A model generated the notes under the pieces. The model was not told where the DNA came from. It was given only the letters and a program-made list of their open reading frames with translations, and did no database searches. A stretch of 64,000 nucleotides of DNA from the NCBI GenBank assembly GCA_963674945.2, contig CAXXWQ010000003.1, positions 544,001 to 608,000 on the forward strand, read 5' to 3'. This DNA comes from an uncultured Desulfosarcina sp. (lineage in GTDB: Bacteria > Desulfobacterota > Desulfobacteria > Desulfobacterales > Desulfosarcinaceae). Shown in pieces: positions 57,664 to 64,000 of this stretch. The position numbers were made by a program, and so were the translations under genes. The stretch's first letter is position 1, and each line of letters starts with the position of its first letter.

Positions 57664-58407
57664 TCAGAAATCATTTTCTTTGCGGCCCACGACGGCGTAA
57701 TAGTGGAGGGGATCGCCGGTCATGGACAATCGATGGCAGTAGTGGTGTTTTTTAATCATCTTCAGGTTCTTGCCGATCATCTCCTGCAGCACCTCGTTGT
57801 AGCCGGTGTCGTCATCATCGCTGAAAAAGCGATCCTTGATGTTGAAAACGACCCAGCTGTTGTCGTCAACCAGGTTGAAGGCGTTGACAAAGGCCTGGGT
57901 GGGAATGTCACCGAAGCCGAGGGCGGCCACCGTCACCAGGGCATTGAAATTCCAACGATTCAATCGCTGTTTGTCCTGCTTGTCGGTCTGGCTGAGGTCC
58001 ATGACGTAGTAGTCGTCATAGACGCCCGGTCGATCTCTTTTGACCGCTTTTCTGGCCTCATCGATGATATCCACACCGACGATGGCTTCGGTCTCCAGCG
58101 CATCTTGAAGGCATTCGCCGACGATACCGTTACCGGCACCGAAGTCCAGCACCCGCAAGGGTTCGCTGGTATCGGCAGACTGTTCGACGGCCTCTTTGAG
58201 CAATCCGGTAATCACGTTCGGGGAACTGCACTGCAATTTGTTGTATACCACCTCTTCGTACAGACCGGGTACATCGTACACCCGGTCGTATTCGTGGATT
58301 CGAATGCACTCCCTGCCCTCGTCGGTAATCAATTCAAAAAACTCCTCATCCTGATCCAGCATACACTTTTTGCTGGGATAGGCCACCTGCAGATCACAGG
58401 TATTCAT
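57664..58407 (-). CDS. class I SAM-dependent methyltransferase
   Basis: RVLDFGAGNG, VGVDI; AAGGAGG RBS. Confidence 0.85.
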   Translation of the reverse strand: MNTCDLQVAYPSKKCMLDQDEEFFELITDEGRECIRIHEYDRVYDVPGLYEEVVYNKLQCSSPNVITGLLKEAVEQSADTSEPLRVLDFGAGNGIVGECLQDALETEAIVGVDIIDEARKAVKRDRPGVYDDYYVMDLSQTDKQDKQRLNRWNFNALVTVAALGFGDIPTQAFVNAFNLVDDNSWVVFNIKDRFFSDDDDTGYNEVLQEMIGKNLKMIKKHHYCHRLSMTGDPLHYYAVVGRKENDF

Positions 58408-58493
58408 CGCTACCTCCTTATGTATTGTCGAAAAATGAGTTGTCCCGATAAGCTTGGATGGCGCATTGCACCGCAAGCTGAAGCACAAATACT

Positions 58494-58509
58494 ATCAACA
58501 AACATGCCA
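58494..58509 (-). promoter_or_regulatory. probable sigma54 promoter of the methyltransferase operon
   Basis: TGGCATGTTTGTTGAT (GG-N10-GA), divergent from a sigma54 activator. Confidence 0.55.
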
Positions 58510-58907
58510 TACACAGAACAATGATAGTAACCTATTGAATTTGATGTTTTTTATATATATTTACATCCCGATTCATTCTAAGAACACGTCGCCTGCGAGC
58601 AAAAGTGGGCAATTTATATACATTTTACCAATATTTACTCCACCAGCGTAAAGTATCTGCACACAGTCAATGTCATGTCGCCCATGTCATCAGGCACCTG
58701 AAAAAAATATATATTTACTAAGTTACTGAATAAGAATGGAGAAATCCAGCCCTTGGTACTGGCCCCCACCGGGAGCGGCAAATTATCCTTGACAGTAAAC
58801 TTTTTATACACCACTTATGAAAATAAAACGATATCCCTGCAACGCAGGCAACCAATCCGTCCGAACAGAGTATACGATCGGCCACCCACCGACGCAACCG
58901 GAGCAAT

Positions 58908-60275
58908 ATGGCAGCCAACAAGAAAGTCAACATTCTGGTCATCGAGCGAGGCGTGGAGCTCATCCGCCAGCTCAAACGCATCTGCAGTGAAAAAAAGTTT
59001 ACCATCATGGGTACCCAGACCATTGAACACGGTTTCGAAAAGTTCGAGGAATGTGAGATCGACATCCTTTTTCTCACCGGATCGCTGGCACGCTTCGGAA
59101 GGATTCGGGGCATGGCTCTGTTGGACATCATTTCAGAAAAAAGCGCCGCCACCCAGATCCTCTTTTTGGCGGCGTCCAGGGATATGTCACTGGTCCTTTC
59201 GGCCCTCAAACGTGGATCCTATCAATACGCCAAACTGCCCATCTCCGATGGCGAGCTGCGCATGCTCATCGATGCGGCTCTGCTGCATCAACCCCAGTAC
59301 ACACCCAACCTGCTGTTGAAAGCCAACGCCCGAAAAACCACCTTCGAACAAATGGTAGGCGGCTCCACCACCATGCGCGAGGTCTACCGGGAGATCCGCC
59401 AGGCGGCCAGTACCGATATGCCGGTATTGCTCACCGGCGAGACCGGAACCGGCAAAGACCTGGTGGCCCGCGCCATCCATCAGCAGAGCCATCGCAGTCA
59501 GGCGATGTTTCATCCGATCCATCTGGGCGCCCTGCCACCGGAATTGGTGGCCGGCGAACTGTTCGGCTATGAGAAAGGAGCCTTTACCGGAGCCACGCGA
59601 AGTCACAGGGGCCTGTTCGAGAAGACGAATGGCGGCACGATCTTCTTGGATGAGATTGGCACCATCGACGAGAAGATACAGATCAGCTTGCTGCGCCTGA
59701 TCGAAACGCAGCAGTTGGAGCGCATCGGCGGCAGCCGCACCATCTTCTCAAACGTGCGAATTGTGGCTGCCACCAATGAGAACCTGTCTGAGGCCGTCGA
59801 TCAAGGGCGATTTCGCGAGGATCTGTTCTTCCGGCTGGACATCTTCCAGATCATGCTGCCACCGGTGCGTGAACGCGGCGGGGATGTCGTTCTTCTGGTC
59901 AACCATTTCCTCAAGCGCTTCAACGACGATTACCAGCGGGGTATTGTCGGTATTTCACCGGAATGCATCTCGATCCTCGAATCCTACGACTGGCCGGGAA
60001 ATGTCAGAGAGATCAAGAATGTGATGCATCGCGCCGTGTTGAACGCCACCGGCGGGATTCTGCTGCCCGGGCACCTGCCACAGCGCCTGCAGAAGGCCCG
60101 GACCAAAACGCCTGAAATCAAGCTGTCCGTAGGATGCACCCTCAAAGAGGCCGAAAAAGCCGTTATCGTCAGGACCCTGAACTGGACACGCAACAATCGG
60201 CAGCGAACCGCCGCCATTTTGGATATCAGCAGGCGAACGCTGTACAACAAGCTGGCGAAGTATAATCTACTATAG
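58908..60275 (+). CDS. sigma54-dependent transcriptional activator with atypical receiver domain
   Basis: GETGTGKD, GAFTGA, FLDEIG, WPGNVRE, C-terminal HTH. Confidence 0.92.
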   Translation: MAANKKVNILVIERGVELIRQLKRICSEKKFTIMGTQTIEHGFEKFEECEIDILFLTGSLARFGRIRGMALLDIISEKSAATQILFLAASRDMSLVLSALKRGSYQYAKLPISDGELRMLIDAALLHQPQYTPNLLLKANARKTTFEQMVGGSTTMREVYREIRQAASTDMPVLLTGETGTGKDLVARAIHQQSHRSQAMFHPIHLGALPPELVAGELFGYEKGAFTGATRSHRGLFEKTNGGTIFLDEIGTIDEKIQISLLRLIETQQLERIGGSRTIFSNVRIVAATNENLSEAVDQGRFREDLFFRLDIFQIMLPPVRERGGDVVLLVNHFLKRFNDDYQRGIVGISPECISILESYDWPGNVREIKNVMHRAVLNATGGILLPGHLPQRLQKARTKTPEIKLSVGCTLKEAEKAVIVRTLNWTRNNRQRTAAILDISRRTLYNKLAKYNLL

Positions 60276-60423
60276 GGCGCTTTCCTCGGTATTCCTATCC
60301 ACGGATGGGTATGGGACCCGATGTTCGGCGATGGTTACCGTCGCAAATGGCGGAACGGTCGATTTCACCGAAGTTTCCTGAAATTCACAAGGTGCCGTGG
60401 CAGGACGGGAAAGATTCAAGTTT
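60276..60423 (+). repeat. degenerate duplicate of the NRDE gene 3' region (54211-54358)
   Basis: ungapped 148-nt alignment, 23 mismatches by hand; TAC replaced by TGA. Confidence 0.9.
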
Positions 60424-60590
60424 CAATTGCGCGGTAGCTATGGTAATCGAAGGTCGGTCGCATTGCCTGGATGATCATCCGTGGCGAATTCACCACAATC
60501 TTGCCTTGGACACGATGAAAATGCTAACGTCGCCGGCAGATGGTGATGGCTCATTGTTCCGAAAAAGATTTCACAGAAGGCAAATCGATT

Positions 60591-60932
60591 ATGAATACAG
60601 TAGCTCACCGACGCCAATATCCGCGCTACAAGACCGATTTCAGTGCGAAATACACCCTCAAGGAGGGAAAGTTCAGAGATATCATCCAAGATATCGGTGC
60701 GGGCGGCGTTTATTTCAATACCAGAAGAAGAATCCAACCGGGGCGATCCATCAATATCCAAATCCCCATATTCGCCTTCGGCAGACCCGTCAGCGTCATG
60801 GGTACCGTGGTACGCACAGAAGATGACGGGTTTGCTGTGGCGTTCGATTGGGCATTGGAGGCCAGATTGTTTAATGATGGGGACTTTCCGCGAAGTGCCC
60901 GTGAAGTTTCTCTGCAACCTGACGTCGACTGA
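60591..60932 (+). CDS. PilZ-domain protein
   Basis: RRQYPR, DIGAGG, GTVVR..GFAVAF; start may be 60540. Confidence 0.8.
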   Translation: MNTVAHRRQYPRYKTDFSAKYTLKEGKFRDIIQDIGAGGVYFNTRRRIQPGRSINIQIPIFAFGRPVSVMGTVVRTEDDGFAVAFDWALEARLFNDGDFPRSAREVSLQPDVD

Positions 60933-60933
60933 G

Positions 60934-61121
60934 TAAAAATCCGGATACAGAGGGGCCGGCTTTGGGCTCCCCTATAAGGGGGTTGCATCACGAGCGCATG
61001 GTATCGTAGGAGCCAGAAGCCAGAATGAATCTGAAGTCGCTTCGCTCCATCGATTGCATAAAATGGATCGAACCGAAGGCGAATACCTGATTCTGGATTC
61101 TGAATTCTGACTCCTGGATTC
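60934..61121. repeat. 3'-intergenic repeat, copy 2
   Basis: TAAAAATCCGGATA block plus AGGAGCCAGAAGCCA...ATTCTGACTCCTGGATTC ends shared with 22170-22323. Confidence 0.7.
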
Positions 61122-61197
61122 TTGTAACAATCATACGGCATAGCCAAGGAACGCTGACCTGGCCCAGAGGACTATGTTTTCTACACCCCAATAACCG

Positions 61198-61605
61198 TTA
61201 CAGAACCGTCAGTTTGCGCACGTAGTCACGCACGTAGTGGGGAAGATCACCGGTTTTGAGATATTCCCGAAAATCCGCATCGGCCGTCCGGGCTCCAAGG
61301 GACCAGGTGGCCGCAGCCCTTTTGAACACCTCGTGTTCGCTGATCCCCTGCCTCCTGGCGTGGTTCCACAACCGCTCTTCATCGGTCAATGGCGTCCTAT
61401 TGGCCCAGTACTTATCCAGCCGGCGCATCGCTTCGAAATAGATCACGACGGCCACAAGGGCCAACAGCATTGGCCAGCCGATGACATCCCCCCCATTCAT
61501 CCATACTCTCCCGCTGACGTGTTCCGATATTGCCGAGCCCGCACCGATTCGTTCAGTATACCATATATATCGAACAATCTCATTGCCGATATTCCAAGGA
61601 ATCAC
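61198..61605 (-). CDS. hypothetical membrane-anchored protein
   Basis: one TM helix; SEHEVF..AA..W, F.EYL.TG.LPHYVRD; start uncertain. Confidence 0.6.
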   Translation of the reverse strand: MIPWNIGNEIVRYIWYTERIGAGSAISEHVSGRVWMNGGDVIGWPMLLALVAVVIYFEAMRRLDKYWANRTPLTDEERLWNHARRQGISEHEVFKRAAATWSLGARTADADFREYLKTGDLPHYVRDYVRKLTVL

Positions 61606-61674
61606 TTGAAATTTAGCCGAAACATCGGATAACAGGTACCACTTCTTGATGATCTCGTAATAAGTCGATGCTCG

Positions 61675-61819
61675 GACGGCTTTGTAAAAAGTTCGAGATC
61701 AAGCTTTGCGAGTCCCGAGAATACCGCTATCGCGGGTGCCGTAGGCAGCGTACATAGGGTACTCCGCCGTGACGAGGGATGAGGGGTAACGCCGATATCG
61801 GACTTTTTACGAATCCGTA
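61675..61819. mobile_element. MITE/REP-like element, copy 2
   Basis: GACGGCTTTGTAAAAAGTTCGAGATCAAG...AACGCCGATATCGGACTTTTTACGAATCCGT. Confidence 0.8.
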
Positions 61820-62130
61820 AAAATATGGAACCGGAGCAAGAGGGTGGTGCGACAGGAGCCGTTCACGGGAGTGTGAACGGCTTGGCAACTGGGTGCCAGT
61901 TTGCGTTGCTCCGGTATAATAAGATAATAATTCTTCATCGAGATCCAATCAAGTTGAAAATAGCACTTTTTTTTCATTGGAACATAGCGATCCCCCTTCC
62001 CCCTAAAGCGAAGCGACCATGTGCCGATAATGTACACGTTATACATAAACGTGTAAGGTGCCGAATCATGAAAGCTCGCGCGAAACCCTCTCAACTGACC
62101 CGACACGCGAAAAAACCTGAAACGAAAAAC

Positions 62131-62604
62131 ATGCCGGTTCGTGTGTTTCTCAATGAAAACTGCCAGGGAACATTCATTTGTCCATCCTGCGGTAACAGCG
62201 TCATCAAGCGCCTGGGAGATCATATTCATGGCGGATCGGTGGTACGAATAAAATGCAAATGCAAATGCGGCCATGTTTTTCCCGCAATCATCGAACAGCG
62301 CCACTTTTTTCGAAAGCCATCCGACTTCATGGGCGGTTTCACCTACAGGGGTGGAAATGGCCCGCAACAGAAAGGAATGATCCGGATAACGGATATCTCC
62401 CAGTCCGGCATGCAGTTTACCTTAACAGAAGCACCCTCGTTTCGGGTGGGAGACCGGTTGTCCATCGAATTCAGGTTGAACGATAAGGATCAGACCCTGG
62501 TCCAGGAAGAGGGAACCGTCCTTCGGATTCAGCATCGACAAGTCGGCCTGCGATTCGATTCCCCCGAACGATACGGAAAGCTCGGCCAGTATCTCTTTCT
62601 CTGA
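62131..62604 (+). CDS. Zn-ribbon plus PilZ-domain protein
   Basis: CPSCG..CKCG; RHFFRK; DISQSG. Confidence 0.8.
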   Translation: MPVRVFLNENCQGTFICPSCGNSVIKRLGDHIHGGSVVRIKCKCKCGHVFPAIIEQRHFFRKPSDFMGGFTYRGGNGPQQKGMIRITDISQSGMQFTLTEAPSFRVGDRLSIEFRLNDKDQTLVQEEGTVLRIQHRQVGLRFDSPERYGKLGQYLFL

Positions 62605-62640
62605 TTCCATATCGATATGATCGATGTGGATCCGCGTTTT

Positions 62641-64000
62641 CTACGCAAGTACCTGCTTTATCTTATTGGACAGTTGCGTAAGGTTGTACGGCTTCTGAAT
62701 GAAGCCGTCACGGCTTCCCTTCAAGATGGATTCGGCCTGCTCTTCGATGCCGTATCCCGAAGAGAGAATGACGCGAAGGTCGGGTCGAATCGCCTTTATT
62801 CGATGGTATACGACCTCCCCACTCATGTCCGGCATGACCAGGTCCAGAATCATTATATCGATTCGTTCCTTGTTCTCCGTAAAAACGCGAAGGGCGGCTT
62901 CACCACCGTTGGCGAGCAAGACTTCGTAACCGAGGTTTTTCAAAAGGACTTTATCGGCATTTAGGATATATTCCTCATCATCCACCACCAAAACGGTTCC
63001 GGTCCCCTTTTCCGGTCGCCCCCCGACCGATGTCGTTTTCCCGTTGTCCCTGCTCTCGGGCCGTTTTGTGACTTCGGCCTCCGGCAAATGGATGGTAAAC
63101 GTCGTTCCCACACCCACCTGACTGGTTACGGTGATGATTCCCATGTGTTTTTTCACGATCCCGAATACGGTGGACAACCCCAGGCCGGTCGCTTCCCCCA
63201 TGTGCCGCGTGGTATAAAATGGTTCGAAGATCCGCTCGCGTATCGACTCGTCCATTCCCGAGCCCGTATCGGTAACTTCGATTGTTATGTATCTGCCCGG
63301 AGGCAAATCATAGGGTTTGACGAAGGCGCCATCCAGGTCGGTATTGCCCGTTGCGACGGTCAACTGCCCCCCCTTGGCCATGGCGTGGCAAGCATTCAAA
63401 AACAGTTCCATCATGGCCAGTTCCATCTGGACGGAATCGGCCTGGGCCACTGCCGGATCAGCTTCCAATGTAAGCCGAACACGCATCTCCTTACGGGTCC
63501 GGGAGAACATGTTCGACGATTTTTCCACCATGCGGTTGATATCCATGGGTTCCAATGAATATCGACCGCCCTTGGCAAAGCTGAGCAATTGACGGGTCAA
63601 TTTGGCACCGCTTTCGATGCACCCTTCGATTCTTGAAAGCTCTTCGTATCCCGCGTCTCCTTTCGATTTATCCTGCTCCAAGATGGAGACATTTCCCTGG
63701 ATTCCCATAAGCAGATTGTTGAAGTTATGGGCGATTCCACCGGCAATGTTGCCGATTGCATCCATACGCCGGACATGCTGAAGCTGATACTCCAGGTTTC
63801 GTTGTTCCGTAACGTCGGTAATGAGAAATATAGTCGTATCCGATTCACCGATAACCGGAAAGCTTCGAATGACGACCTGGCGGTTATTGAGTTCAAAGGG
63901 GCGTGCCAGACCCACCACCGATGTCTTCGCCTGGCTCGGATTCATCAAACGGTCGATCCTGCCTTTCTCCACTTTGCCGAAAAGATCGGACGGCTCGGCA
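62641..64000 (-). CDS. hybrid sensor histidine kinase/receiver (probably 5'-truncated by window end)
   Basis: AHNFNNLL, FYTT..TGLGL, C-terminal REC. Confidence 0.9.
   Translation of the reverse strand, partial: AEPSDLFGKVEKGRIDRLMNPSQAKTSVVGLARPFELNNRQVVIRSFPVIGESDTTIFLITDVTEQRNLEYQLQHVRRMDAIGNIAGGIAHNFNNLLMGIQGNVSILEQDKSKGDAGYEELSRIEGCIESGAKLTRQLLSFAKGGRYSLEPMDINRMVEKSSNMFSRTRKEMRVRLTLEADPAVAQADSVQMELAMMELFLNACHAMAKGGQLTVATGNTDLDGAFVKPYDLPPGRYITIEVTDTGSGMDESIRERIFEPFYTTRHMGEATGLGLSTVFGIVKKHMGIITVTSQVGVGTTFTIHLPEAEVTKRPESRDNGKTTSVGGRPEKGTGTVLVVDDEEYILNADKVLLKNLGYEVLLANGGEAALRVFTENKERIDIMILDLVMPDMSGEVVYHRIKAIRPDLRVILSSGYGIEEQAESILKGSRDGFIQKPYNLTQLSNKIKQVLA

Overview
About 55 genes from what looks like an anaerobic Desulfobacterota (delta-proteobacterial) chromosome; this assignment is inferred from gene content and repeat families, not from a marker gene. 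Three blocks stand out. (1) A selenium-related block at ~22.8-31.8 kb: a yedE/tusA/DUF3343/kinase-like operon converges on a divergent selB. Upstream of selB is a non-canonical UCA-anticodon tRNA (A1-U72, U73, 8/4 fold with a T-stem bulge), i.e. a SelC*-type tRNA-Cys rather than tRNA-Sec. Facing away from it are Cys-containing HdrD-like and HesB-like genes, behind a highly structured leader holding a chain of UGA-terminated, overlapping uORFs with a SECIS-like hairpin directly after the first UGA (candidate Se-sensing switch). (2) A ~19 kb co-directional TonB-uptake cluster at 33.8-53.0 kb encodes two signal-peptide-bearing tetrapyrrole-methylase-like proteins, N-terminal-His metal-binding proteins, FmdE-like and NosL-like proteins, an APC permease and a membrane-fused spermidine-synthase-like protein. 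(3) A non-pyrrolysine MttB/corrinoid/MeTr module with a sigma54 activator is bracketed by a 148-bp direct repeat of the 3' end of an NRDE gene. Also present: a gingipain-like C25 protease, TrpR with a putative Trp ABC transporter, a collapsed cas1/cas2/PIN relic, an eroded macAB remnant and three small repeat/MITE families. No CRISPR array or rRNA was seen. Family calls come from motif recognition by eye, not database searches.
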